DNA of 64,000 bases. It comes from Ostreococcus lucimarinus. Lineage: Eukaryota. Below are positions 27,201 to 37,998 of this stretch, one piece after another; within the stretch, counting starts at the first letter, position 1, and every line of letters starts with the position of its first letter. Both the position numbers and the translations under genes were made by a program. Location of the stretch: assembly GCA_000092065.1 (NCBI GenBank), contig CP000584.1. One strand, written 5' to 3'. Under the pieces are notes generated by a model. It did no database searches and had not been told where the DNA came from. It saw only the letters and a list, made by a program, of their open reading frames with translations.

Positions 27201-28538
27201 TCATCGCGAGGTGAACAAAGGCTGGGACATGACGATCGTGATCGCGCCCGTGATCACGGACCACGCGCACGCGAAGTAGCCGATGTTGGTGAAGAGCGCG
27301 GCGGCGACGATGGATATCGGCGACGCGTCGCTGGCGCTCGTCCAACCACACGACCAAGCGCCGATGCCGCAAGAGAGCAACAGCAGCGCGGGTGCGGCGA
27401 CTTGGAGCAAAACCTTTCCGACGAGATGGTTCGTCACGTCGAGCTTTCTCGAGACGATGAAGTGCTCGCGTTCGGTGAGTCGTTCGCGGTCGGTTCCTTC
27501 CTTGACTTCGTACCATGCAATCAATCCGCCGTCCAAGAACGCTTGCGTCAGCGGTTGCATCGACGCGAACATACATAACCCAGCGATGATGAACGATATG
27601 CTCTGTGCGTCGCGAGCGCTCTGATCGCTCCATCGCAATGGCTCGGCTAACATCGAGGGCGCGCTGACGACGAGCGTCAGGAGCGGCGCCGCAAAGGTGG
27701 TGTGAAGCACAAACCTTCGCCACAGTGGCGTCGAAGACGTCCCCGCGTACGTTGCCGCCCACTCGGGGATATTTGTCGCGGTTAAATAACTCTTCGTCAT
27801 GCGCACCGCGCTCGAAAGCGTGAGCGCGGCGATCAGAGCGCCGACGACGGCGTGCGCCAACCCCGCGTGCAGCGTCGAAGCGCGCGCCGTCGCGCCGCCG
27901 CGCGCCAAGGCCTCGTTCACCGCATCCGCTGACTCCACGTGCCGAAAATCGACGACCGTGGTCGGTAATAAAAACACCGCGAACGTCGACGCCATCCACG
28001 CCGCGAATCCGACGCCGCACGCCACTCGCCGCTCGCCGCTCGGCGTCGTCTCTCTATTCGCGTACGCCGCCACGAGCGACGCGCACGCCGTGACGACGCC
28101 CGCCGCCGCGAGCACCGGCGTCAGCGCATCGTCTGGCGCGTTCGCGCACGCTCGCAGCGCCCACGCTCCGACGCTCTCGCACGCGACCAAAAAGCCCAAA
28201 AAGCAACACGCGTCCGCCTCCGCGAACGACGCCCTCCGTCGCAAGCTCTCGAACGCCAGGTCCACGCTCGCCACCGCCGATCGCGCGAACGCGTCCGCCT
28301 CTTTCTTCTCTCGTCGCTCTCGCGCGCGTCGCCGCCGTCGCGACCCACCGTCGTCGTTCGCATCCGCACCGCCGTCTCGCGCGGCGTCGCCGCCGTCGTC
28401 GTCGTCGTCGACGCGCGGGACGTAAAAGTATCGCAACGGCTGCGCGCACGCGCGCGTGCACGCGTCGAGCGCGCCGCCGTGCGTGATCGCCGCGCACGCG
28501 AACGTCCACGCGATCAGCGTCGACAGCGCCGACCGCAT
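27201..28538 (-). CDS. Polytopic membrane protein of unknown family: signal-like N-terminus, an acidic/basic loop, then 7 or more TM helices
   Basis: ATG verified at 28536-28538. Multiple hydrophobic helices. No family motif recognised by eye. Confidence 0.35.
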   Translation of the reverse strand: MRSALSTLIAWTFACAAITHGGALDACTRACAQPLRYFYVPRVDDDDDGGDAARDGGADANDDGGSRRRRRARERREKKEADAFARSAVASVDLAFESLRRRASFAEADACCFLGFLVACESVGAWALRACANAPDDALTPVLAAAGVVTACASLVAAYANRETTPSGERRVACGVGFAAWMASTFAVFLLPTTVVDFRHVESADAVNEALARGGATARASTLHAGLAHAVVGALIAALTLSSAVRMTKSYLTATNIPEWAATYAGTSSTPLWRRFVLHTTFAAPLLTLVVSAPSMLAEPLRWSDQSARDAQSISFIIAGLCMFASMQPLTQAFLDGGLIAWYEVKEGTDRERLTEREHFIVSRKLDVTNHLVGKVLLQVAAPALLLLSCGIGAWSCGWTSASDASPISIVAAALFTNIGYFACAWSVITGAITIVMSQPLFTSR

Positions 28539-28664
28539 GCGGACGCGACGCGAAGTGCCGACCGACCGACCGACCGACCGACAGACCGACCGCGTTCGTT
28601 GGATTGCGCGATACGGTTGTCGTAGGATCGCGTCGTCGGGGCGTCTTCACGACGCGACGCGACG

Positions 28665-30380
28665 ATGCGCGGCGCGATGCGCGCGCGTGGAATCGCGCCC
28701 GACGCCGCCGCGCGTCCGACGCCGCGCGCGCGCGTCGGATGTCGACGAACGACGGCGCGATGCGTCGAACGACGCACGCGCGGCGAACGATCGATGACGC
28801 TCGTGTGCGTCGGAGACGACGCGCGCGCGCGACGATGCGCGCGCGCGCGAGCGGGCGCGGCGGGAGAAGGGGCGCGGAGCGACGACGGGAGCGAACGCTC
28901 GCCGGATGATTTGAAAAAGAAGCTGTCGAAAAAGCTCGAGAGCGTCAAGGCGACGTCGATGGCGAAGTTCTCGGGATCGTCGAGCGATTTCGATGAACAC
29001 GACGACGATGAGTTGGTCGCGGGGGTGCTGACGAAAAAGGCGACGAAGAATGTGATGTTGCTCGTCGCGCTCGTCGCGGCGGTGGCGTCGGTGACGTACC
29101 TCGTGACGATGGTTTCCATGAACGCCGAACGCGGGTTGGCCGACGTGCTGTACACGCTCGTGTTCGACGACGTGTGGGCGAACATCGCGATTACGGTTTT
29201 GGTTTTGTACACGGGAGCGATTAAAAAGGCGGTAGAATTCGCGCTGACGACGACGGCGACCTTTGTGCGACCGACGCGCGTGAACATGCTTTGGTGGGTT
29301 TCTCTGTTTTGCCTGCGATCCATCAAGCACGTGACCAACATCATCCGAAATACGTTCGTTTGGAGCCTCGGGAACCAGATTTGGTCTTTGATTCCGCTCG
29401 GGATCGATTTGATCAAGTTTGACCCCGAAACTACCGCCGATGGTGTCGATCACGTGCACTCGCTCTTGACGACGATGTTCGACGCGAACAACGACGGCGT
29501 CGTCACCACGACTGAGGTGCAAATGTGGTTCGTCGCCAAGACTTTGCGGTTGCTGTGGTGCTTCTACTTTCTCGATCTCAGCCGATGGTTTATGTCGTTG
29601 AAAGCGGCGCCGACAATACAAGAGATGAGAACTCGAGGATCGAGTTACGACCGCGAAGACTTTTTGTCGCAAGCGCTTCGACACCACTACGCAGGTTTGA
29701 GAGGCGATCGAGGCGTGTCCTGGGATTCTCAAGCTCGAAGCGCGCTTATCGACAAAGCGTTAACCGTGGCGACGTATCTTTTGACCTCTTATTGGTGCTT
29801 GAGCGCGCTTGGGGTGAACATGACTGGTCTTCTCGCCGTCGGCGGGGTCTCGGGTATCGCCGTCGGTTTCGCGGCGCAAAAACTCGTCAGCAACTGCATC
29901 GGCGGTATCTTAATTTTCGTCACTCAGCCTTTCGTCGAAGGCGATCACGTGCAATTCGGAAGCATTGATGGACGCGTCGAAATGGTCGGATGGCACTCCA
30001 CGCGGATAGCATCCATCGACGATGGATATTCTTACATCGTCCCGAATACAGATGTTCTCGGCTCGGCGTTGAAGAATATTTCGCGACGCGAGTACGTGCC
30101 CATCAAGCTTGCGATTCCCTTCCCTGATTACGTCAAGTCCAAGACTTCGATGGAAACGTACGTAGCAGACGTCAAAAAGATTGTATTTGATAAAGTTGAC
30201 GACTGGAGCGTGCGCTCGCCCGTCGTCAACATGGAATTTGACGGGCTAACGCCAAAGATTCGCATCAAGGCGTTCATCGACGGATCCAAGGAAAAGAACA
30301 AAGCGTCTGATCTGGAGGTGCAGTTGATGGGAGCAATCGTCGAGAAAATGCAGCCGTCGAGTAGCGGTAGTGCAGCCTAG
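28665..30380 (+). CDS. MscS-like mechanosensitive ion channel (MSL family)
   Basis: ATG verified at 28665. Alternative internal ATGs (e.g. 28794) are possible. The conserved MscS pore and beta-domain region GGVSGIAVGFAAQKLVSNCIGGILIFVTQPFVEGDHVQFGSIDGRVEMVGWHSTRI..DGYSYIVPNTDV is present. Confidence 0.7.
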   Translation: MRGAMRARGIAPDAAARPTPRARVGCRRTTARCVERRTRGERSMTLVCVGDDARARRCARARAGAAGEGARSDDGSERSPDDLKKKLSKKLESVKATSMAKFSGSSSDFDEHDDDELVAGVLTKKATKNVMLLVALVAAVASVTYLVTMVSMNAERGLADVLYTLVFDDVWANIAITVLVLYTGAIKKAVEFALTTTATFVRPTRVNMLWWVSLFCLRSIKHVTNIIRNTFVWSLGNQIWSLIPLGIDLIKFDPETTADGVDHVHSLLTTMFDANNDGVVTTTEVQMWFVAKTLRLLWCFYFLDLSRWFMSLKAAPTIQEMRTRGSSYDREDFLSQALRHHYAGLRGDRGVSWDSQARSALIDKALTVATYLLTSYWCLSALGVNMTGLLAVGGVSGIAVGFAAQKLVSNCIGGILIFVTQPFVEGDHVQFGSIDGRVEMVGWHSTRIASIDDGYSYIVPNTDVLGSALKNISRREYVPIKLAIPFPDYVKSKTSMETYVADVKKIVFDKVDDWSVRSPVVNMEFDGLTPKIRIKAFIDGSKEKNKASDLEVQLMGAIVEKMQPSSSGSAA

Positions 30381-30579
30381 AAGAGTCGACCAGGAGACTG
30401 TCTCGCCGTGTGTACGGTTGTCGGAGCAGCCATGCGACGGCGGCGTCCGCGTCGCTATATCAGAAGAGTCGCTTTACGTATTCCAAAACTAATATGAAGA
30501 ATCCTTGTACTAGTCCGCCTCCGTCGTAATACCCCCGAGTACGCCCCGACGCGAGTACGTGCTAAAAGAGCTCGGAGAC

Positions 30580-32034
30580 TTAGAGCTTGCTCGAACCGAC
30601 GCCGAACACGGCGGCGCGCACTTGCGCCGCCGCGCGCGCGCCCGTCTCCATCGCCCCCTGCAAGCACGGGTTAACCCCAGTGTGCGTCGCTTCACCGGCA
30701 AAGAATAAAGTGTCAGATATAGACGCAGCTAATAGCGTCCTCGAATTTCCTGCGTTCACCGTTGGGTGCGTGTACGCGCCCTGCACCAATCGCTCGCGCG
30801 ACCAGCTGACAATTTTCTTCGTCGTCACGTGTTCTTTGCACGGAACGTTGAAAATCATATCAAGTTGCTCGATCGCTCGGTCAAAAACCACCTTTTCTTC
30901 CATTTTGTCAATCTCGTTCGCCAAATCACCGGCGATAAAGAACGTCACCAATCCCACAGTTTGCGCGATTCGCTCCGCTTCCTCGCTCGTCTTCGCCTCT
31001 CTCGCTAGGGGTGATTTCGGATACTCTGTGATCCAAAATTCGGGTAAGAAACAGTTTGTACAGACAACGTCAAACATGTCGCTCGGCCAGAGAATTTTGT
31101 TGAAACCGATGAAAATCTTCGCCGCGTTTCCCATCGCTATGGCTTCCGCCGCTCGCGTCTTCGCCGCCGGCAGCCTCGGAATAAATTCTACTCGATTCTT
31201 CGCGTTTCCTCCGCGAAGGGCGGTAATGGGTAGGCTCACGATGCATTTTCGCGCGGTGATGACATCTTTCCCACCTCGACGCACGACGCGCACGAGTCCA
31301 GGTTGTGAGTAATCCACGCGTTCAATCTCCCAGTTCAATCGCACGTCCAAGCCGTCGGCGAGCGCGAGCGCCACCTCTCGCAATGGACGATCCAGCACCA
31401 AGTACTTTTCCCCATAAATCCACCCCTTCTTCTCCTCGATGAGTTCGCGCATTCCCAACTTCCCGAGCGACGCGCAAAAGTCATTCGCATAGATATTTTC
31501 CGCCAATTTAATCACGCGCTCGGGCGCCGCCACCGTCTTCGTCAACCACTCCAACGCCGTGACGTCTTTATCTCCATCACCCGGCGCCCCTGGGAGATTA
31601 TCAAACAGCTCGTGCACCAGCTTCACGTCCGCATTCGTCGTTTCCGCCTGTTCAGCGCTCAACAGCGCTTTATCGTCGCCTAAATAGTACCGATCCGGCC
31701 ACTCCTTCTCCGCGCACGCGAACCCGCAGTGGTCCACGAATCGCTTCAGCACGCTATTTTCATCGCCGTGCAAGAACTCTGGTCCGAGATTCACGTCCCA
31801 CGGCGCGACATCGCGCGTGACTTTAACCCTTCCGCCCACCTCGCTCGACGCCTCGAGCACGACGCACCGCAGCGCCTCGAAATCGCGCCGTCTCGTCGCC
31901 TCGCCGCCGCTCGCCCCCGGACGCGTCGGCGCGTCCGGCGTCGCCATCGCGCAGCACCGCGCGGCGTACAGACCGGCGAACCCGGCGCCGAGGACGACGA
32001 CGTCGTGTATCGCGCCATCGCTCGCGCCGTCCAT
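30580..32034 (-). CDS. FAD-dependent amine oxidase (polyamine oxidase-like flavoprotein)
   Basis: First ATG at 32032-32034 ([25 protein letters not shown], a dinucleotide-binding GxGxxG). The listed start at 32040 is GTG. The C-terminal [10 protein letters not shown] is the typical amine-oxidase FAD motif. Confidence 0.65.
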   Translation of the reverse strand: MDGASDGAIHDVVVLGAGFAGLYAARCCAMATPDAPTRPGASGGEATRRRDFEALRCVVLEASSEVGGRVKVTRDVAPWDVNLGPEFLHGDENSVLKRFVDHCGFACAEKEWPDRYYLGDDKALLSAEQAETTNADVKLVHELFDNLPGAPGDGDKDVTALEWLTKTVAAPERVIKLAENIYANDFCASLGKLGMRELIEEKKGWIYGEKYLVLDRPLREVALALADGLDVRLNWEIERVDYSQPGLVRVVRRGGKDVITARKCIVSLPITALRGGNAKNRVEFIPRLPAAKTRAAEAIAMGNAAKIFIGFNKILWPSDMFDVVCTNCFLPEFWITEYPKSPLAREAKTSEEAERIAQTVGLVTFFIAGDLANEIDKMEEKVVFDRAIEQLDMIFNVPCKEHVTTKKIVSWSRERLVQGAYTHPTVNAGNSRTLLAASISDTLFFAGEATHTGVNPCLQGAMETGARAAAQVRAAVFGVGSSKL

Positions 32035-32173
32035 CGTCACCGCGCGCCGTCGCGCGTCGCCCTCTGCGGCCCACTCGCGGACGCGTTTCGACGTCGAGTC
32101 GAGTCGTCACGTCGTCACACGCGCGCGACGACGTCGGGCGCGCGTCGCGCCTCGATCGCGCGCGCGCGCGATA

Positions 32174-33118
32174 ATGGGCGCGTGCAAGCGCGCGCTCGCG
32201 CGCGCGTGCGCCGACGCCGAGCGCGCGTGCGACGCTGCGCTGCGCTGCGCCGGACCGCCGTTGTTCGCGTTCGGCGTGGCGTTGGTGCTCGGCATCGCGC
32301 GCGAGACCGTGGACGCGACCGCGCGCGAACTGCGCCGACGCGCGCGAGAACGACTGGCGAACGTCGTGGCGGCGTGCGCGACGGCGTGCGCGGTGAACGC
32401 GCTGTTTAATCACGCGATGTGCGCGTGGACAAAGCCGGGGACGCCGAAGGATGAACGCGCGAGACGAGCGATGGAACGGCGAGCGAACGAGACGCGACGC
32501 GAGGATGGCGGCGAAACGGGGAATGGATTGCGAGAAGCGATCGAACGCGGGAGATTTTGCGAGACGTGCGATACGGTGAAGCCGGATCTGTGTCATCATT
32601 GCTCGGTGTGCAAGCGATGCGTGCTGAAGATGGACCATCACTGTCCGTGGGTGATGAACTGCGTGGGGGCGAGGAATTATAGGTACTTTTTTAACTTTAT
32701 AGCCTACGCCTGGGTCGGGTGCGCGTTCGCCACGATCGGAGGGGCGTTCGTGCTGTTCGGGGCGAACGAGGTCGGGCCGACGGATGCGGAGACGCTGCGA
32801 CGGGTGATTTTCGTCACCGTCATGGCGACGGCGGTGCTGTGCGCGCTGGGATTCATGGTGTATTGGCAAGCGTATCTCGCCCTCACGGGGCAGACGACGA
32901 TCGATTATTATAATTGGATGGATTTGAAGCAGGCGATGAAGGCGCGCGGGCTGACGCCGCCGATGAGACCGCCGTTCGATCAGGGCGCGGCGAAGAACTG
33001 GCAAGAGGCGTTCGACGAGCGCGGCAAGTTTTGGTTCCTGACCTGGGCCGCGCCTCGATTTCGCGCGCACTCGGGGTCGGGGGTGTATTACGAAGCCTAC
33101 GGACCCCGTCAGCTTTAG
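32174..33118 (+). CDS. DHHC-type protein S-acyltransferase (zDHHC palmitoyltransferase)
   Basis: ATG verified at 32174 (MGACKRALA). The ORF listed from 31817 starts on GTG and overlaps the amine oxidase. [47 protein letters not shown] is a canonical DHHC-CRD. Four TM helices. Confidence 0.8.
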   Translation: MGACKRALARACADAERACDAALRCAGPPLFAFGVALVLGIARETVDATARELRRRARERLANVVAACATACAVNALFNHAMCAWTKPGTPKDERARRAMERRANETRREDGGETGNGLREAIERGRFCETCDTVKPDLCHHCSVCKRCVLKMDHHCPWVMNCVGARNYRYFFNFIAYAWVGCAFATIGGAFVLFGANEVGPTDAETLRRVIFVTVMATAVLCALGFMVYWQAYLALTGQTTIDYYNWMDLKQAMKARGLTPPMRPPFDQGAAKNWQEAFDERGKFWFLTWAAPRFRAHSGSGVYYEAYGPRQL

Positions 33119-33186
33119 GTCATAGATAGTCTTGGTTGGTGTATAGTATAACGCAAGCGTGGCAAGGCAAATTTTTTACAAATCGT

Positions 33187-34164
33187 CTACTTTCGCGTCA
33201 GCGTGATGCCGATATTCTCACGCAGTTCCGCTTCGCTGACCTCGTCGTAGTCCGTGGCTTGAATTTCGACCGCAATCCCCGACAATCGCGACTTGAAGAA
33301 GTCTTTCGTCGAGGCGTACAGCATTTTATTCTTCAATCGCGCCGAATCGGGATTCCACACGACGAAGACGAGCTTACTGAACTCGCAGTCGTCCGCGTTC
33401 ACGTACTTATAATCGTAAATCGCGTATCGGCATTCACTCTCCGGTAATGCGGCGATAAAATCGTCGTAATCTCCCGAGACTTCGCCCGTGGCTGCCGTCA
33501 ACACCGAACCTTCGTTCTCCTCGACTCGAAACGTTGCCCATTGCAAACCGTTCGAGCGCATCTTTACTTTGTTAAACACCGACAAGCAATCTTCAGCCAC
33601 GGCGACGCCGCTCATGCTCTTCGCCTCCACCGCCGGCGCGCTCTTCGCCGTCGACGCAGCCGCAGGCGGCGCGGGCGGCGGCGCGGGCGGCGGCGCGGGC
33701 GGCGCCGCCGGAGCTCGAGGCGCGGGCGGCGCCGCCTTGACGCTCGCATCCTCGCCGCTCGCCGACGCGCGTTCCCCGTCCTGTACCTTTAAAGCTCGCT
33801 CCGCGTCCTCAATCTTCGTCATGAACGTCGGTTGCGCCGCCACGCTCGTCTTCACGTTGAACTTTTGCGTCGTCTCTCGCAACACCGTCGCGTCTTCAGC
33901 CGCGTCGAATCCCCGTTCCCCATCTCCGCGCAGTGCCTCGTCCAACAACTTTTGCACGTGCGCGGAAACATCCGCGGTACCGTTCTTGATCGCTTCCAGC
34001 ATCGCTCGTCGCACGCACTCCACGTCGTGCGCGCGCAGAACGCCAGATTGGTTCGCCTGGGCGATCCTGTGGGTGAACAGAAACCATCCTTTCGCGGCGT
34101 CGTAATCGCCCTGCGCGATCAAGCCGCGGTCGAGGGCGGCCTTGACTTGTTCCAACGAGTCCAT
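33187..34164 (-). CDS. ADF-H (cofilin/ADF-like) domain protein with a roughly 180-aa N-terminal extension and a proline-rich (PPAPPPAPPPAPP) linker
   Basis: ATG verified at 34162-34164. The C-terminal 140 aa match the ADF-H fold: ...CRYAIYDY...KLVFVVWNPDSARLKNKMLYASTKDFFK. TGTAA sits just after the stop, with plus-strand ttaca at 33176-33180. Confidence 0.55.
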   Translation of the reverse strand: MDSLEQVKAALDRGLIAQGDYDAAKGWFLFTHRIAQANQSGVLRAHDVECVRRAMLEAIKNGTADVSAHVQKLLDEALRGDGERGFDAAEDATVLRETTQKFNVKTSVAAQPTFMTKIEDAERALKVQDGERASASGEDASVKAAPPAPRAPAAPPAPPPAPPPAPPAAASTAKSAPAVEAKSMSGVAVAEDCLSVFNKVKMRSNGLQWATFRVEENEGSVLTAATGEVSGDYDDFIAALPESECRYAIYDYKYVNADDCEFSKLVFVVWNPDSARLKNKMLYASTKDFFKSRLSGIAVEIQATDYDEVSEAELRENIGITLTRK

Positions 34165-34335
34165 GTTCGCGTCTCGTTCGCGGTCGCGGCGCGCGGTCGC
34201 GAACGCGCGACGACGTGTGACGCGCGGATGCGACGTCGTTTGAAAAGACTGTTGGCGTCGGTTGCGCCGAGGACGCGACGCGAAGGACGCGAGCGACGCG
34301 AATCGTCATGATAAATACAACGAACGAATGCGAGA

Positions 34336-35253
34336 CTAATACTGCGCGATACCGACGGCGATGAAATCGGCACACGCGTCTTCTAAGTCGTCTAAGACGG
34401 CGCGCGCGTCGTCGCGCGCGCCGAAATAGCCGCGGAGGTGCGCGGCGAACTCTAAAGCGACGGATTCGCGCGTCTTCGCCGCTTCTTCGCGACGCTTCGC
34501 GGGCGTCGACGGTGCCGCGGGCGTCGTCGAACCCTCGCCCGTCGATGGCGACGCACTCGGTTGTGATTCTAGTTTCATCGCCTTGACGACCGCGGATAAT
34601 TCCTCGCCCCCCCGCGGCGGCGGCTTGGCGACGAAGTTGTGCAATCGCCGCGCGCACATCAATACGCACTCGTTTTCGTACGCCTCGACGAGTGCGCGCG
34701 GGTCCGCGATCGTGCCCACGGCCGCACATCCAGTGCAATCCTCTACTAGCGCTAACAGTGCCGTGGCGTCGATGCGCGTCGCGTCTTGTGCGATTAACTT
34801 ATCGAAATCGATCGACGCTCGCAGCGCCTCGTTCCCGGCGTCCTCGAGCGCGCGCCACTCCGTCACAAATTTCCGACTCAACTGCGCCTCTTCCGCCGTC
34901 AAGTGCGCGCTGAGCGCGCGCATATCTCTCAACAACCCCACTCTCAGCGCTTCGCACCCCTTGACGCATCGCAACACCGCCTCTTTCGCGTCCTCCGCGC
35001 CGTTTCGCTTCGCCGACCGCGCCGCGGCCAGCGCCTTCTCGAGCTGTAATCTCAGCGCCGCGCACTCGCGTTGAAACCTCGCCTGCGTCGACGCCAACCG
35101 CTCCACGGCGTCGCTGCGATCATCGAGCCACGTCTCGACGATCGCGCTCGTCTTATCCGCCACCGCGATCGCCCGCGCGACGAATTCCATTTGCAACGAC
35201 CCCGCGTGTCGTCGCATCGCTCGCGCGCATTCGCGCGCCGCGCGCTCCGTCAT
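34336..35253 (-). CDS. Hypothetical alpha-helical, coiled-coil-like protein with no recognisable family
   Basis: ATG at 35251-35253 (MTERAAREC). The longer listed ORF to 35739 is low-complexity and would overlap the divergent ANK gene. Coding status is supported only by ORF length and codon bias. Confidence 0.25.
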   Translation of the reverse strand: MTERAARECARAMRRHAGSLQMEFVARAIAVADKTSAIVETWLDDRSDAVERLASTQARFQRECAALRLQLEKALAAARSAKRNGAEDAKEAVLRCVKGCEALRVGLLRDMRALSAHLTAEEAQLSRKFVTEWRALEDAGNEALRASIDFDKLIAQDATRIDATALLALVEDCTGCAAVGTIADPRALVEAYENECVLMCARRLHNFVAKPPPRGGEELSAVVKAMKLESQPSASPSTGEGSTTPAAPSTPAKRREEAAKTRESVALEFAAHLRGYFGARDDARAVLDDLEDACADFIAVGIAQY

Positions 35254-35435
35254 CCACGTCTCTCGCGCGTCCGCGACGCCCGCGCGCGACGCCGAACGGC
35301 GCGCGCGACGACGGCTCCGACGCCGAACGGCGCTGGACGCTGTGGCTCCGCGACGCCGTGTCGAGCGACAACGCGGCGTCGATCGCGTACCTGAGCGCGC
35401 TGAAGACGGCGAACGGACGAGGCGCGGTGTCGTGC

Positions 35436-36134
35436 ATGCGCGCGGCGCGGACGCGCGCGACGTTTGAGGCGCTGTGCGAGTGCCTGGCGGCGTGCGCGAC
35501 GCGCGAGGATAGAGCGACGACGGATTTCGTGGACGAGTACACCGGGTACGACGTCGCGTGTTGGGCGGCGAAACGCGGCGCCGGGGACAGCATTCGCGCG
35601 CTGTGTCGAGGCGCGGCGTCGACGTCGGCGTCGGCGTCGACGTCGGCGTCGGCGGCGATGTGCGCCGTCGTCGGCGCCTCGCAAGCGCTCGCGCCGACGC
35701 AGCTGAGCAAGGCGAGTCTCGGGAACGGAAGTCGTTCACCGGACGACGCGGACGTGATCACGGAAACGCGCGCGCGATATGAGGACGCGTTGTCCGCGGC
35801 GCTATCGCTTCGTCCCGGCGAAATCGATGCGATCGACGCCGTCACGGGTTGGACGCCTCTGACGTTTGCGTCTCGCCGCGCGCCGACGCTCGGCACGACG
35901 TTTATGAGCATATTGCTCGAAGCCGGCGCCGACGTCAACGCGCCAGACGCGCGCGGAATGACGCCTCTCATGCACGCAGCGGCCGGCGATTCGCTCGACG
36001 CCGCGCGTCTGCTCCGCTCGGCGCGTCGAGCCGACGTCTCGCCTCGCGACCGCGACGGCTTCTCCGCCGCCATGCACGCCGCGTACCGCAATCCATCGAA
36101 CGTCGCGTTATTAGCCATTCTAGCCGATTCTTAG
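35436..36134 (+). CDS. Ankyrin-repeat protein, about 3 ANK repeats
   Basis: First ATG at 35436. The listed start at 35358 is GTG. ANK consensus stretches: GWTPLTFAS...LLEAGADVNAPDARGMTPLMHAAAGDSLDAARLL... Confidence 0.35.
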   Translation: MRAARTRATFEALCECLAACATREDRATTDFVDEYTGYDVACWAAKRGAGDSIRALCRGAASTSASASTSASAAMCAVVGASQALAPTQLSKASLGNGSRSPDDADVITETRARYEDALSAALSLRPGEIDAIDAVTGWTPLTFASRRAPTLGTTFMSILLEAGADVNAPDARGMTPLMHAAAGDSLDAARLLRSARRADVSPRDRDGFSAAMHAAYRNPSNVALLAILADS

Positions 36135-36336
36135 TCCACGTAGTCCGCCGATTTTCGGGCGATTCGCTCGGTCGTCGAAGAGTCGGTCCGCCGCGCGCGT
36201 CCCGGGCGCGGGTCCCGGGCGCGTCCCGGGCGGGTCCCAGGCGTCGTCATCGTCCGATCGCCTCACACCGCGTCGCGTCGACGCGCTCGACGACGCGCGC
36301 TCGATCGTTGAACGCGGTCGACGTCACCGCGATTCG

Positions 36337-37245
36337 ATGGCCGCGAGCGCGTCCCGCGCGCTTCGCGCGGCGCCGCGCGCGCCGCGCGCGTCCCGCGCCC
36401 GCCGTAACCCTGAACGCGGCGCCGCGTCTCGCGCCGTGGCGACGCGCGCGAGCGTGTCCGAGGCGTTCAAGGCGGTGCTGGACGATGGCAAGCGAGCGTT
36501 CATTCCGTTCATCTGCGCGGGCGATCCCGATCTGGAGAGCACGAAGAAGGCGCTGAAGATTTTGGACGACGCGGGCGCGGATGTCATCGAGCTCGGCGTG
36601 CCGTACAGCGACCCGTTGGCGGACGGACCGGTGATTCAGGCGGCGGCGACGCGGGCGTTGGAGAACGGGGCGACGTTGAATAAGGTGATCGATTTAGTGC
36701 GAGAGATGACGCCGCAGATTAAGGCGCCGATCGTGATGTTTACGTATTACAATCCGATTTATCAACGCGGAGTGGATAAATTTTGCGCCGACATCGCCGC
36801 GGCTGGGGCGAAGGGATTGCTCGTGCCGGATATTCCGTTGGAGGAGACGTACGATGTGAGCGAGATCGCGAGTAAGCACGGCATAGAGCTCGTTCTGCTT
36901 TCCACGCCCACGACGCCGGTGGAACGGGCGAAGAAGATTGCGCAGGCGACGAAGGGGTTCGTCTACCTCGTCTCCGTCACGGGCGTCACCGGCGTGCAAT
37001 CGAACGTGGCGACGCGCGTGGAGCAATTGGTGGAGGAGTTGAGAAGCGTGACGGATAAGCCCATCGCGGTCGGGTTCGGGGTGAGCGAGGCAAAGCACGC
37101 GAAGCAAATCGTGGATTGGGGCGCCGACGGCGTCATCGTCGGTTCCGCGCTCGTGCGCGCGCTCGGCGAAGCCAAGACGCCCGAGGAAGGTCTCGCCGCG
37201 CTCAAGGCCAAGGCTGAGGAAATCCGCGGTGGCGCCACGCTCTGA
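36337..37245 (+). CDS. TSA: Tryptophan synthase alpha chain, plastid-targeted
   Basis: ATG verified at 36337. A transit-peptide-like N-terminus precedes the conserved TrpA core: FIPFICAGDPDLEST...ADVIELGVPYSDPLADGPVIQ...MFTYYNPI...GLLVPDIPLEE...GFVYLVSVTGVTG. Confidence 0.85.
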   Translation: MAASASRALRAAPRAPRASRARRNPERGAASRAVATRASVSEAFKAVLDDGKRAFIPFICAGDPDLESTKKALKILDDAGADVIELGVPYSDPLADGPVIQAAATRALENGATLNKVIDLVREMTPQIKAPIVMFTYYNPIYQRGVDKFCADIAAAGAKGLLVPDIPLEETYDVSEIASKHGIELVLLSTPTTPVERAKKIAQATKGFVYLVSVTGVTGVQSNVATRVEQLVEELRSVTDKPIAVGFGVSEAKHAKQIVDWGADGVIVGSALVRALGEAKTPEEGLAALKAKAEEIRGGATL

Positions 37246-37386
37246 GAAAGCGTCTTCACGCGGCGCGAGAGCGACGAACGACCTAGGTAGCGGTGGACAT
37301 TTTAATCTATTAACAACGCTCGAGCGCGCCCGCGAAGCGACCCCGCGAAGCGCGTTCAAAGCTCCGAGCCTCAGACGCGCGTCCGA

Positions 37387-37788
37387 CTAAGAAATCTTCT
37401 CCAGATACGCCGCAATCTTTCTGTCGTTCTCCGACAGCGCGCTCGGATCTCGCAACGCCTTGTCCCCGCTCTCCCACCGCAGGTAATCACCAAAATTTTT
37501 CTTGTAGTAGTCGTCCAACCGCTCTTGCTTTCGTTCCTCGCGCTTCTCCTCGCTCCGCGCCCGCAGGCGCTCGACGAACTCGGAGTTGGTCTCATTCGCC
37601 TCGAGCGCCACGCTCGCGGGCGCGGTCGAGGTGAGCGCGACGACGGTCGCCGCGAGCGCGCCGATCGCGACCCGCGCGGGGTGTCGTCGCTCGCGCGACT
37701 CGGCGCTGGACGCCGCGCGACGCCGCGCGGACGCCGACGTCGCGGGATCGACGCGCGCGGCGCGCGGCGCGCGAACGAGCGCGGGCAT
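37387..37788 (-). CDS. Small hypothetical protein with a bipartite-looking presequence (basic region plus hydrophobic AxA-like segment); possibly thylakoid-lumenal
   Basis: First ATG at 37786-37788 (MPALVRAP). The listed start at 37872 is GTG. A hydrophobic stretch VAIGALAATVVALTSTAPASVA is followed by a charged roughly 75-aa domain. No family recognised. Confidence 0.25.
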   Translation of the reverse strand: MPALVRAPRAARVDPATSASARRRAASSAESRERRHPARVAIGALAATVVALTSTAPASVALEANETNSEFVERLRARSEEKREERKQERLDDYYKKNFGDYLRWESGDKALRDPSALSENDRKIAAYLEKIS

Positions 37789-37998
37789 CGGCGCGCGAAT
37801 TCGGGCGCTCGAGAATTTCGCGACGGCGCGTGACGCGTTCGAGCGCGGCGCGCGCGCGTCGCGCGACGCCACCAGGGTTTAAAGCGTCTCCGTTCGTCTA
37901 GCCTCGGGGGTTAAAAATTGCAACACCGACGACGAGGCGCGCCTCGTCGTCGTTTCGTTTCGCGTAATCTTCGTCGTCATCGTCGCCCTCGTCGTCGT

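Noticed and set aside
28514-29732. Long antisense ORFs (300 and 361 aa) opposite the MscS-like gene, and similar long GC-rich ORFs elsewhere (e.g. 38087..39499, 45216..46757, 10152..11633, 31823..33070, 8139..8816)
   Set aside because: These are Arg/Ala/Pro-rich low-complexity translations with no domain signatures. They sit antisense to well-supported genes or in GC-rich intergenic DNA. In a roughly 65% GC genome, stop codons are rare in every frame, so such ORFs are compositional artefacts.
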